Positions 1 to 15,000 of a DNA stretch of 64,000 bases are shown in pieces (within the stretch, counting starts at the first letter, position 1; each line of letters starts with the position of its first letter). The DNA comes from Auanema rhodensis (lineage: Eukaryota > Animalia > Nematoda), in the NCBI GenBank assembly GCA_964057225.1, contig OZ059895.1:4464001-4528000 (forward strand), given 5' to 3'. The notes under the pieces are model-generated. The model made no database searches and was not told the origin of the DNA. It worked only from the letters and a program-made list of their open reading frames with translations. Made by a program: the position numbers and the translations under genes.

Positions 1-3000
1 AGTTGATATCTCGGTGCATTTTCAAGCTAGCGCAAATCTGATAACACAGATCGACGCAGCTTAAAAATCCGCATCGAATGCACTATACTTCATTAAGAAA
101 CGCTTAATACAAAAATTAGTTATGATCGTTTGAAAAATGATGCATTAGTGTATGTTGAGTTTCCATGTACACTCAACATTGCTTCCAAAAACATTTTGAC
201 AAAAATTTTTTCGAAAAATTTCAAAATAATATAGCAAAAAGTAGATGTTTTTAGATTCCTTTTTTCAAGGCAAAGACGATGGACATTGTTATTCAACGAA
301 AAAATTAATTCTTCAGGGTGAAAATCGAGGATATAAGTGTGAACTTATATCAGTTGATATCTCGGTGCATTTTCAAGCTAGCGCAAATCTGATAACACAG
401 ATCGACGCAGCTTAAAAATCCGCATCGAATGCAGTATACTTCATTGAGAAACGCTTAATACAAAAATTAGTTATGATCGTTTGAAAAATGATGCATTAGT
501 GTATGTTGAGTTTCCATGTACACTCAACATTGCTTCCAAAAACATTTTGACAACAATTTTTTCGAAAAATTTCAAAATAATTTAGCAAAAAGTAGATGTT
601 TTTAGATTCCTTTTTTCAAGGCAAAGATGATGGACAATGTTATTCAACGAAAAAATTAATTCTTCAGGGTGAAAATCGAGGATATAAGTGTGAACATATA
701 TCAGTTGATATCTCGGTGCATTTTCAAGCTAGCGCAAATCTGATAACACAGATCGACGCAGCTTAAAAATCCGCATCGAATGCACTATACTTCATTGAGA
801 AACGCTTAATACAAAAATTAGTTACGATCGTTTGAAAAATGATGCATTAGTGTATGTTGAGTTTCCATGTACACTCAACATTGCTTCCAAAAACATTTTG
901 ACAAAAATTTTTTCGAAAAATTTCAAAATAATTTAGCAAAAAGTAGATGTTTTTAGATTCCTTTTTTCAAGGCAAAGATGATGGACAATGTTATTCAACG
1001 AAAAAATCAATTCTTCAGGGTGAAAATCGAGGATATAAGTGTGAACTTATATCAGTTGATATCTCGGTGCATTTTCAAGCTAGCGCAAATCTGATAACAC
1101 AGATCGACGCAGCTTAAAAATCCGCATCGAATGCACTATACTTCATTGAGAAACGCTTAATACAAAAATTAGTTATGATCGTTTGAAAAATGATGCATTA
1201 GTGTATGTTGAGTTTCCATGTACACTCAACATTGCTTACAAAAACATTTTGACAACAATTTTTTCGAAAAATTTCAAAATAATTTAGCAAAAAGTAGATG
1301 TTTTTAGATTCCTTTTTTCAAGGCAAAGATGATGGACAATGTTATTCAACGAAAAAATTAATTCTTCAGGGTGAAAATCGAGGATATAAGTGTGAACATA
1401 TATCAGTTGATATCTCGGTGCATTTTCAAGCTAGCGCAAATCTGATAACACAGATCGACGCAGCTTAAAAATCCGCATCGAATGCACTATACTTCATTAA
1501 GAAACGCTTAATACAAAAATTAGTTATGATCGTTTGAAAAATGATGCATTAGTGTATGTTGAGTTTCCATGTACACTCAACATTGCTTCCAAAAACATTT
1601 TGACAAAAATTTTTTCGAAAAATTTCAAAATAATTTAGCAAAAAGTAGATGTTTTTAGATTCCTTTTTTCAAGGCAAAGATGATGGACAATGTTATTCAA
1701 CGAAAAAATCAATTCTTCAGGGTGAAAATCGAGGATATAAGTGTGAACTTATATCAGTTGATATCTCGGTGCATTTTCAAGCTAGCGCAAATCTGATAAC
1801 ACAGATCGACGCAGCTTAAAAATCCGCATCGAATGCACTATACTTCATTGAGAAACGCTTAATACAAAAATTAGTTATGATCGTTTGAAAAATGATGCAT
1901 TAGTGTATGTTGAGTTTCCATGTACACTCAACATTGCTTACAAAAACATTTTGACAACAATTTTTTCGAAAAATTTCAAAATAATTTAGCAAAAAGTAGA
2001 TGTTTTTAGATTCCTTTTTTCAAGGCAAAGATGATGGACAATGTTATTAACGAAAAAATTAATTCTTCAGGGTGAAAATCGAGGATATAAGTGTGAACAT
2101 ATATCAGTTGATATCTCGGTGCATTTTCAAGCTAGCGCAAATCTGATAACACAGATCGACGCAGCTTAAAAATCCGCATCGAATGCACTATACTTCATTA
2201 AGAAACGCTTAATACAAAAATTAGTTATGATCGTTTGAAAAATGATGCATTAGTGTATGTTGAGTTTCCATGTACACTCAACATTGCTTCCAAAAACATT
2301 TTGACAAAAATTTTTTCGAAAAATTTCAAAATAATTTAGCAAAAAGTAGATGTTTTTAGATTCCTTTTTTCAAGGCAAAGATGATGGACAATGTTATTCA
2401 ACGAAAAAATCAATTCTTCAGGGTGAAAATCGAGGATATAAGTGTGAACTTATATCAGTTGATATCTCGGTGCATTTTCAAGCTAGCGCAAATCTGATAA
2501 CACAGATCGACGCAGCTTAAAAATCCGCATCGAATGCAGTATACTTCATTGAGAAACGCTTAATACAAAAATTAGTTATGATCGTTTGAAAAATGATGCA
2601 TTAGTGTATGTTGAGTTTCCATGTACACTCAACATTGCTTCCAAAAACATTTTGACAACAATTTTTTCGAAAAATTTCAAAATAATTTAGCAAAAAGTAG
2701 ATGTTTTTAGATTCCTTTTTTCAAGGCAAAGATGATGGACAATGTTATTCAACGAAAAAATTAATTCTTCAGGGTGAAAATCGAGGATATAAGTGTGAAC
2801 ATATATCAGTTGATATCTCGGTGCATTTTCAAGCTAGCGCAAATCTGATAACACAGATCGACGCAGCTTAAAAATCCGCATCGAATGCACTATACTTCAT
2901 TGAGAAACGCTTAATACAAAAATTAGTTATGATCGTTTGAAAAATGATGCATTAGTGTATGTTGAGTTTCCATGTACACTCAACATTGCTTCCAAAAACA

Positions 3001-6000
3001 TTTTGACAAAAATTTTTTCGAAAAATTTCAAAATAATTTAGCAAAAAGTAGATGTTTTTAGATTCCTTTTTTCAAGGCAAAGATGATGGACAATGTTATT
3101 CAACGAAAAAATCAATTCTTCAGGGTGAAAATCGAGGATATAAGTGTGAACTTATATCAGTTGATATCTCGGTGCATTTTCAAGCTAGCGCAAATCTGAT
3201 AACACAGATCGACGCAGCTTAAAAATCCGCCTCGAATGCACTATACTTCATTGAGAAACGCTTAATACAAAAATTAGTTATGATCGTTTGAAAAATGATG
3301 CATTAGTGTATGTTGAGTTTCCATGTACACTCAACATTGCTTACAAAAACATTTTGACAACAATTTTTTCGAAAAATTTCAAAATAATTTAGCAAAAAGT
3401 AGATGTTTTTAGATTCCTTTTTTCAAGGCAAAGATGATGGACAATGTTATTCAACGAAAAAATTAATTCTTCAGGGTGAAAATCGAGGATATAAGTGTGA
3501 ACATATATCAGTTGATATCTCGGTGCATTTTCAAGCTAGCGCAAATCTGATAACACAGATCGACGCAGCTTAAAAATCCGCATCGAATGCACTATACTTC
3601 ATTGAGAAACGCTTAATACAAAAATTAGTTATGATCGTTTGAAAAATGATGCATTAGTGTATGTTGAGTTTCCATGTACACTCAACATTGCTTACAAAAA
3701 CATTTTGACAACAATTTTTTCGAAAAATTTCAAAATAATTTAGCAAAAAGTAGATGTTTTTAGATTCCTTTTTTCAAGGCAAAGATGATGGACAATGTTA
3801 TTCAACGAAAAAATTAATTCTTCAGGGTGAAAATCGAGGATATAAGTGTGAACATATATCAGTTGATATCTCGGTGCATTTTCAAGCTAGCGCAAATCTG
3901 ATAACACAGATCGACGCAGCTTAAAAATCCGCATCGAATGCACTATACTTCATTAAGAAACGCTTAATACAAAAATTAGTTATGATCGTTTGAAAAATGA
4001 TGCATTAGTGTATGTTGAGTTTCCATGTACACTCAACATTGCTTCCAAAAACATTTTGACAAAAATTTTTTCGAAAAATTTCAAAATAATATAGCAAAAA
4101 GTAGATGTTTTTAGATTCCTTTTTTCAAGGCAAAGACGATGGACATTGTTATTCAACGAAAAAATTAATTCTTCAGGGTGAAAATCGAGGATATAAGTGT
4201 GAACTTATATCAGTTGATATCTCGGTGCATTTTCAAGCTAGCGCAAATCTGATAACACAGATCGACGCAGCTTAAAAATCCGCATCGAATGCAGTATACT
4301 TCATTGAGAAACGCTTAATACAAAAATTAGTTATGATCGTTTGAAAAATGATGCATTAGTGTATGTTGAGTTTCCATGTACACTCAACATTGCTTCCAAA
4401 AACATTTTGACAACAATTTTTTCGAAAAATTTCAAAATAATTTAGCAAAAAGTAGATGTTTTTAGATTCCTTTTTTCAAGGCAAAGATGATGGACAATGT
4501 TATTCAACGAAAAAATTAATTCTTCAGGGTGAAAATCGAAGATATAAGTGTGAACATATATCAGTTGATATCTCGGTGCATTTTCAAGCTAGCGCAAATC
4601 TGATAACACAGATCGACGCAGCTTAAAAATCCGCATCGAATGCACTATACTTCATTGAGAAACGCTTAATACAAAAATTAGTTACGATCGTTTGAAAAAT
4701 GATGCATTAGTGTATGTTGAGTTTCCATGTACACTCAACATTGCTTCCAAAAACATTTTGACAAAAATTTTTTCGAAAAATTTCAAAATAATTTAGCAAA
4801 AAGTAGATGTTTTTAGATTCCTTTTTTCAAGGCAAAGATGATGGACAATGTTATTCAACGAAAAAATCAATTCTTCAGGGTGAAAATCGAGGATATAAGT
4901 GTGAACTTATATCAGTTGATATCTCGGTGCATTTTCAAGCTAGCGCAAATCTGATAACACAGATCGACGCAGCTTAAAAATCCGCATCGAATGCACTATA
5001 CTTCATTGAGAAACGCTTAATACAAAAATTAGTTATGATCGTTTGAAAAATGATGCATTAGTGTATGTTGAGTTTCCATGTACACTCAACATTGCTTACA
5101 AAAACATTTTGACAACAATTTTTTCGAAAAATTTCAAAATAATTTAGCAAAAAGTAGATGCTTTAGATTCCTTTTTTCAAGGCAAAGATGATGGACAATG
5201 TTATTCAACGAAAAAATTAATTCTTCAGGGTGAAAATCGAGGATATAAGTGTGAACATATATCAGTTGATATCTCGGTGCATTTTCAAGCTAGCGCAAAT
5301 CTGATAACACAGATCGACGCAGCTTAAAAATCCGCATCGAATGCACTATACTTCATTAAGAAACGCTTAATACAAAAATTAGTTATGATCGTTTGAAAAA
5401 TGATGCATTAGTGTATGTTGAGTTTCCATGTACACTCAACATTGCTTCCAAAAACATTTTGACAAAAATTTTTTCGAAAAATTTCAAAATAATATAGCAA
5501 AAAGTAGATGTTTTTAGATTCCTTTTTTCAAGGCAAAGACGATGGACATTGTTATTCAACGAAAAAATTAATTCTTCAGGGTGAAAATCGAGGATATAAG
5601 TGTGAACTTATATCAGTTGATATCTCGGTGCATTTTCAAGCTAGCGCAAATCTGATAACACAGATCGACGCAGCTTAAAAATCCGCATCGAATGCAGTAT
5701 ACTTCATTGAGAAACGCTTAATACAAAAATTAGTTATGATCGTTTGAAAAATGATGCATTAGTGTATGTTGAGTTTCCATGTACACTCAACATTGCTTCC
5801 AAAAACATTTTGACAACAATTTTTTCGAAAAATTTCAAAATAATTTAGCAAAAAGTAGATGTTTTTAGATTCCTTTTTTCAAGGCAAAGATGATGGACAA
5901 TGTTATTCAACGAAAAAATTAATTCTTCAGGGTGAAAATCGAGGATATAAGTGTGAACATATATCAGTTGATATCTCGGTGCATTTTCAAGCTAGCGCAA

Positions 6001-9000
6001 ATCTGATAACACAGATCGACGCAGCTTAAAAATCCGCATCGAATGCACTATACTTCATTGAGAAACGCTTAATACAAAAATTAGTTACGATCGTTTGAAA
6101 AATGATGCATTAGTGTATGTTGAGTTTCCATGTACACTCAACATTGCTTCCAAAAACATTTTGACAAAAATTTTTTCGAAAAATTTCAAAATAATTTAGC
6201 AAAAAGTAGATGTTTTTAGATTCCTTTTTTCAAGGCAAAGATGATGGACAATGTTATTCAACGAAAAAATCAATTCTTCAGGGTGAAAATCGAGGATATA
6301 AGTGTGAACTTATATCAGTTGATATCTCGGTGCATTTTCAAGCTAGCGCAAATCTGATAACACAGATCGACGCAGCTTAAAAATCCGCATCGAATGCACT
6401 ATACTTCATTGAGAAACGCTTAATACAAAAATTAGTTATGATCGTTTGAAAAATGATGCATTAGTGTATGTTGAGTTTCCATGTACACTCAACATTGCTT
6501 ACAAAAACATTTTGACAAAAATTTTTTCGAAAAATTTCAAAATAATTTAGCGAAAAGTAGATGTTTTTAGATTCCTTTTTTCAAGGCAAAGATGATGGAC
6601 AATGTTATTCAACGAAAAAATTAATTCTTCAGGGTGAAAATCGAGGATATAAGTGTGAACATATATCAGTTGATATCTCGGTGCATTTTCAAGCTAGCGC
6701 AAATCTGATAACACAGATCGACGCAGCTTAAAAATCCGCATCGAATGCACTATACTTCATTAAGAAACGCTTAATACAAAAATTAGTTATGATCGTTTGA
6801 AAAATGATGCATTAGTGTATGTTGAGTTTCCATGTACACTCAACATTGCTTCCAAAAACATTTTGACAAAAATTTTTTCGAAAAATTTCAAAATAATTTA
6901 GCGAAAAGTAGATGTTTTTAGATTCCTTTTTTCAAGGCAAAGATGATGGACAATGTTATTCAACGAAAAAATTAATTCTTCAGGGTGAAAATCGAGGATA
7001 TAAGTGTGAACATATATCAGTTGATATCTCGGTGCATTTTCAAGCTAGCGCAAATCTGATAACACAGATCGACGCAGCATAAAAATCCGCATCGAATGCA
7101 CTATACTTCATTGAGAAACGCTTAATACAAAAATTAGTTATGATCGTTTGAAAAATGATGCATTAGTGTATGTTGAGTTTCCATGTACACTCAACATTGC
7201 TTCCAAAAACATTTTGACAAAAATTTTTTCGAAAAATTTCAAAATAATTTAGCAAAAAGTAGATGTTTTTAGATTCCTTTTTTCAAGGCAAAGACGATGG
7301 ACAATGTTATTCAACGAAAAAATTAATTCTTCAGGGTGAAAATCGAGGATATAAGTGTGAACTTATATCAGTTGATATCTCGGTGCATTTTCAAGCTAGC
7401 GCAAATCTGATAACACAGATCGACGCAGCTTAAAAATCCGCATCGAATGCACTATACTTCATTGAGAAACGCTTAATACAAAAATTAGTTATGATCGTTT
7501 GAAAAATGATGCATTAGTGTATGTTGAGTTTCCATGTACACTCAACATTGCTTACAAAAACATTTTGACAAAAATTTTTTCGAAAAATTTCAAAATAATT
7601 TAGCAAAAAGTAGATGTTTTTAGATTCCTTTTTTCAAGGCAAAGATGATGGACAATGTTATTCAACGGAAAAATCAATTCTTCAGGGTGAAAATCGAGGA
7701 TATAAGTGTGAACTTATATCAGTTGATATCTCGGTGCATTTTCAAGCTAGCGCAAATCTGATAACACAGATCGACGCAGCTTAAAAATCCGCATCGAATG
7801 CACTATACTTCATTAAGAAACGCTTAATACAAAAATTAGTTATGATCGTTTGAAAAATGATGCATTAGTGTATGTTGAGTTTCCATGTACACTCAACATT
7901 GCTTCCAAAAACATTTTGACAAAAATTTTTTCGAAAAATTTCAAAATAATATAGCAAAAAGTAGATGTTTTTAGATTCCTTTTTTCAAGGCAAAGACGAT
8001 GGACATTGTTATTCAACGAAAAAATTAATTCTTCAGGGTGAAAATCGAGGATATAAGTGTGAACTTATATCAGTTGATATCTCGGTGCATTTTCAAGCTA
8101 GCGCAAATCTGATAACACAGATCGACGCAGCTTAAAAATCCGCATCGAATGCAGTATACTTCATTGAGAAACGCTTAATACAAAAATTAGTTATGATCGT
8201 TTGAAAAATGATGCATTAGTGTATGTTGAGTTTCCATGTACACTCAACATTGCTTCCAAAAACATTTTGACAACAATTTTTTCGAAAAATTTCAAAATAA
8301 TTTAGCAAAAAGTAGATGTTTTTAGATTCCTTTTTTCAAGGCAAAGATGATGGACAATGTTATTCAACGAAAAAATCAATTCTTCAGGGTGAAAATCGAG
8401 GATATAAGTGTGAACTTATATCAGTTGATATCTCGGTGCATTTTCAAGCTAGCGCAAATCTGATAACACAGATCGACGCAGCTTAAAAATCCGCATCGAA
8501 TGCACTATACTTCATTGAGAAACGCTTAATACAAAAATTAGTTATGATCGTTTGAAAAATGATGCATTAGTGTATGTTGAGTTTCCATGTACACTCAACA
8601 TTGCTTCCAAAAACATTTTGACAAAAATTTTTTCGAAAAATTTCAAAATAATTTAGCAAAAAGTAGATGTTTTTAGATTCCTTTTTTCAAGGCAAAGATG
8701 ATGGACAATGTTATTCAACGAAAAAATTAATTCTTCAGGGTGAAAATCGAGGATATAAGTGTGAACATATATCAGTTGATATCTCGGTGCATTTTCAAGC
8801 TAGCGCAAATCTGATAACACAGATCGACGCAGCTTAAAAATCCGCATCGAATGCACTATACTTCATTGAGAAACGCTTAATACAAAAATTAGTTATGATC
8901 GTTTGAAAAATGATGCATTAGTGTATGTTGAGTTTCCATGTACACTCAACATTGCTTCCAAAAACATTTTGACAAAAATTTTTTCGAAAAATTTCAAAAT

Positions 9001-12000
9001 AATTTAGCAAAAAGTAGATGTTTTTAGATTCCTTTTTTCAAGGCAAAGATGATGGACAATGTTATTCAACGAAAAAATTAATTCTTCAGGGTGAAAATCG
9101 AGGATATAAGTGTGAACATATATCAGTTGATATCTCGGTGCATTTTCAAGCTAGCGCAAATCTGATAACACAGATCGACGCAGCTTAAAAATCCGCATCG
9201 AATGCACTATACTTCATTGAGAAACGCTTAATACAAAAATTAGTTATGGTCGTTTGAAAAATGATGCATTAGTGTATGTTGAGTTTCCATGTACACTCAA
9301 CATTGCTTCCAAAAACATTTTGACAAAAATTTTTTCGAAAAATTTCAAAATAATTTAGCAAAAAGTAGATGTTTTTAGATTCCTTTTTTCAAGGCAAAGA
9401 TGATGGACAATGTTATTCAACGAAAAAATTAATTCTTCAGGGTGAAAATCGAGGATATAAGTGTGAACATTTATCAGTTGATATCTCGGTGCATTTTCAA
9501 GCTAGCGCAAATCTGATAACACAGATCGACGCAGCTTAAAAATCCGCATCGAATGCACTATACTTCATTGAGAAACGCTTAATACAAAAATTAGTTATGA
9601 TCGTTTGAAAAATGATGCATTAGTGTATGTTGAGTTTCCATGTACACTCAACATTGCTTCCAAAAACATTTTGACAAAAATTTTTTCGAAAAATTTCAAA
9701 ATAATTTAGCAAAAAGTAGATGTTTTTAGATTCCTTTTTTCAAGGCAAAGATGATGGACAATGTTATTCAACGAAAAAATTAATTCTTCAATGTGAAAAT
9801 CGAGGATATAAGTGTGAACATATATCAGTTGATATCTCGGTGCATTTTCAAGCTAGCGCAAATCTGATAACACAGATCGACGCAGCTTAAAAATCCGCAT
9901 CGAATGCATTATACTTCATTGAGAAACGCTTAATACAAAAATTAGTTATGATCGTTTGAAAAATGATGCATTAGTGTATGTTGAGTTTCCATGTACACTC
10001 AACATTGCTTCCAAAAACATTTTGACAAAAATTTTTTCGAAAAATTTCAAAATAATTTAGGAAAAAGTAGATGTTTTTAGATTCCTTTTTTCAAGGCAAA
10101 GACGATGGACAATGTTATTCAACGAAAAAATTAATTCTTCAGGGTGAAAATCGAGGATATAAGTGTGAACTTATATCAGTTGATATCTCGGTGCATTTTC
10201 AAGCTAGCGCAAATCTGATAACACAGATCGACGCAGCTTAAAAATTTGCATCGAATGCACTATACTTCATTGAGAAACGCTTAATACAAAAACTAGTTAT
10301 GATCGTTTGAAAAATGATGCATTAGTGTATGTTGAGTTTCCATGTACACTCAACATTGCTTCCAAAAACATTTTGACAAAAATTTTTTCGAAAAATTTCA
10401 AAATAATTTAGCGAAAAGTAGATGTTTTTAGATTCCTTTTTTCAAGGCAAAGATGATGGACAATGTTATTCAACGAAAAAATTAATTCTTCAGGGTGAAA
10501 ATCGAGGATATAAGTGTGAACATATATCAGTTGATATCTCGGTGCATTTTCAAGCTAGCGCAAATCTGATAACACAGATCGACGCAGCTTAAAAATCCGC
10601 ATCGAATGCACTATACTTCATTGAGAAACGCTTAATACAAAAATTAGTTATGATCGTTTGAAAAATGATGCATTAGTGTATGTTGAGTTTCCATGTACAC
10701 TCAACATTGCTTCCAAAAACATTTTGACAAAAATTTTTTCGAAAAATTTCAAAATAATTTAGCGAAAAGTAGATGTTTTTAGATTCCTTTTTTCAAGGCA
10801 AAGATGATGGACAATGTTATTCAACGAAAAAATTAATTCTTCAGGGTGAAAATCGAGGATATAAGTGTGAACATATATCAGTTGATATCTCGGTGCATTT
10901 TCAAGCTAGCGCAAATCTGATAACACAGATCGACGCAGCATAAAAATCCGCATCGAATGCACTATACTTCATTGAGAAACGCTTAATACAAAAATTAGTT
11001 ATGATCGTTTGAAAAATGATGCATTAGTGTATGTTGAGTTTCCATGTACACTCAACATTGCTTCCAAAAACATTTTGACAAAAATTTTTTCGAAAAATTT
11101 CAAAATAATTTAGCAAAAAGTAGATGTTTTTAGATTCCTTTTTTCAAGGCAAAGACGATGGACAATGTTATTCAACGAAAAAATTAATTCTTCAGGGTGA
11201 AAATCGAGGATATAAGTGTGAACTTATATCAGTTGATATCTCGGTGCATTTTCAAGCTAGCGCAAATCTGATAACACAGATCGACGCAGCTTAAAAATCC
11301 GCATCGAATGCACTATACTTCATTGAGAAACGCTTAATACAAAAATTAGTTATGATCGTTTGAAAAATGATGCATTAGTGTATGTTGAGTTTCCATGTAC
11401 ACTCAACATTGCTTACAAAAACATTTTGACAAAAATTTTTTCGAAAAATTTCAAAATAATTTAGCAAAAAGTAGATGTTTTTAGATTCCTTTTTTTAAGG
11501 CAAAGATGATGGACATTGTTATTCAACGAAAAAATTAATTCTTCAGGGTGAAAATCGAGGATATAAGTGTGAACTTATATCAGTTGATATCTCGGTGCAT
11601 TTTCAAGCTAGCGCAAATCTGATAACACAGATCGACGCAGCTTAAAAATCCGCATCGAATGCACTATACTTCATTGAGAAACGCTTAATACAAAAATTAG
11701 TTATGATCGTTTGAAAAATGATGCATTAGTGTATGTTGAGTTTCCATGTACACTCAACATTGCTTACAAAAACATTTTGACAACAATTTTTTCGAAAAAT
11801 TTCAAAATAATTTAGCAAAAAGTAGATGTTTTTAGATTCCTTTTTTCAAGGCAAAGATGATGGACAATGTTATTCAACGAAAAAATTAATTCTTCAGGGT
11901 GAAAATCGAGGATATAAGTGTGAACATATATCAGTTGATATCTCGGTGCATTTTCAAGCTAGCGCAAATCTGATAACACAGATCGACGCAGCTTAAAAAT

Positions 12001-15000
12001 CCGCATCGAATGCACTATACTTCATTAAGAAACGCTTAATACAAAAATTAGTTATGATCGTTTGAAAAATGATGCATTAGTGTATGTTGAGTTTCCATGT
12101 ACACTCAACATTGCTTCCAAAAACATTTTGACAAAAATTTTTTCGAAAAATTTCAAAATAATATAGCAAAAAGTAGATGTTTTTAGATTCCTTTTTTCAA
12201 GGCAAAGACGATGGACATTGTTATTCAACGAAAAAATTAATTCTTCAGGGTGAAAATCGAGGATATAAGTGTGAACTTATATCAGTTGATATCTCGGTGC
12301 ATTTTCAAGCTAGCGCAAATCTGATAACACAGATCGACGCAGCTTAAAAATCCGCATCGAATGCAGTATACTTCATTGAGAAACGCTTAATACAAAAATT
12401 AGTTATGATCGTTTGAAAAATGATGCATTAGTGTATGTTGAGTTTCCATGTACACTCAACATTGCTTCCAAAAACATTTTGACAAAAATTTTTTCGAAAA
12501 ATTTCAAAATAATTTAGCAAAAAGTAGATGTTTTTAGATTCCTTTTTTCAAGGCAAAGATGATGGACAATGTTATTCAACGAAAAAATTAATTCTTCAGG
12601 GTGAAAATCGAGGATATAAGTGTGAACATATATCAGTTGATATCTCGGTGCATTTTCAAGCTAGCGCAAATCTGATAACACAGATCGACGCAGCTTAAAA
12701 ATCCGCATCGAATGCACTTTATTTCATTGAGAAACGCTTAATACAAAAATTAGTTATGATCGTTTGAAAAATGATGCATTAGTGTATGTTGAGTTTCCAT
12801 GTACACTCAACATTGCTTCCAAAAACATTTTGACAAAAATTTTTTCGAAAAATTTCAAAATAATTTAGCAAAAAGTAGATGTTTTTAGATTCCTTTTTTC
12901 AAGGCAAAGATGATGGACAATGTTATTCAACGAAAAAATTAATTCTTCAGGGTGAAAATCGAGGATATAAGTGTGAACATATATCAGTCGATATCTCGGT
13001 GCATTTGCGAGCTAGCGCAAATCTGATAACACAGATCGACGCAGCTTAAAAATCCGCATCGAATGCACTATACTTCATTGAGAAACGCTTAATACAAAAA
13101 TTAGTTATGATCGTTTGAAAAATGATGCATTAGTGTATGTTGAGTTTCCATGTACACTCAACATTGCTTCCAAAAACATTTTGACAAAAATTTTTTCGAA
13201 AAATTTCAAAATAATTTAGCAAAAAGTAGATGTTTTTAGATTCCTTTTTTCAAGGCAAAGATGATGGACAATGTTATTCAACGAAAAAATTAATTCTTCA
13301 GGGTGAAAATCGAGGATATAAGTGTGAACATATATCAGTTGATATCTCGGTGCATTTTCAAGCTAGCGCAAATCTGATAACACAGATCGACGCAGCTTAA
13401 AAATCCGCATCGAATGCACTATACTTCATTGAGAAACGCTTAATACAAAAATTAGTTATGATCGTTTGAAAAATGATGCATTAGTGTATGTTGAGTTTCC
13501 ATGTACACTCAACATTGCTTCCAAAAACATTTTGACAAAAATTTTTTCGAAAAATTTCAAAATAATTTAGGAAAAAGTAGATGTTTTTAGATTCCTTTTT
13601 TCAAGGCAAAGACGATGGACAATGTTATTCAACGAAAAAATTAATTCTTCAGGGTGAAAATCGAGGATATAAGTGTGAACTTATATCAGTTGATATCTCG
13701 GTGCATTTTCAAGCTAGCGCAAATCTGATAACACAGATCGACGCAGCTTAAAAATTTGCATCGAATGCACTATACTTCATTGAGAAACGCTTAATACAAA
13801 AACTAGTTATGATCGTTTGAAAAATGATGCATTAGTGTATGTTGAGTTTCCATGTACACTCAACATTGCTTCCAAAAACATTTTGACAAAAATTTTTTCG
13901 AAAAATTTCAAAATAATTTAGGAAAAAGTAGATGTTTTTAGATTCCTTTTTTCAAGGCAAAGACGATGGACAATGTTATTCAACGAAAAAATTAATTCTT
14001 CAGGGTGAAAATCGAGGATATAAGTGTGAACTTATATCAGTTGATATCTCGGTGCATTTTCAAGCTAGCGCAAATCTGATAACACAGATCGACGCAGCTT
14101 AAAAATTTGCATCGAATGCACTATACTTCATTGAGAAACGCTTAATACAAAAACTAGTTATGATCGTTTGAAAAATGATGCATTAGTGTATGTTGAGTTT
14201 CCATGTACACTCAACATTGCTTCCAAAAACATTTTGACAAAAATTGTTTCGAAAAATTTCAAAATAATTTAGCGAAAAGTAGATGTTTTTAGATTCCTTT
14301 TTTCAAGGCAAAGATGATGGACAATGTTATTCAACGAAAAAATTAATTCTTCAGGGTGAAAATCGAGGATATAAGTGTGAACATATATCAGTTGATATCT
14401 CGGTGCATTTTCAAGCTAGCGCAAATCTGATAACACAGATCGACGCAGCATAAAAATCCGCATCGAATGCACTATACTTCATTGAGAAACGCTTAATACA
14501 AAAATTAGTTATGATTGTTTGAAAAATGATGCATTAGTGTATGTTGAGTTTCCATGTACACTCAACATTGCTTCCAAAAACATTTTGACAAAAATTTTTT
14601 CGAAAAATTTCAAAATAATTTAGCAAAAAGTAGATGTTTTTAGATTCCTTTTTTCAAGGCAAAGACGATGGACAATGTTATTCAACGAAAAAATTAATTC
14701 TTCAGGGTGAAAATCGAGGATATAAGTGTGAACTTATATCAGTTGATATCTCGGTGCATTTTCAAGCTAGCGCAAATCTGATAACACAGATCGACGCAGC
14801 TTAAAAATCCGCATCGAATGCACTATACTTCATTGAGAAACGCTTAATACAAAAATTAGTTATGATCGTTTGAAAAATGATGCATTAGTGTATGTTGAGT
14901 TTCCATGTACACTCAACATTGCTTCCAAAAACATTTTGACAAAAATTTTTTCGAAAAATTTCAAAATAATTTAGCAAAAAGTAGATGTTTTTAGATTCCT

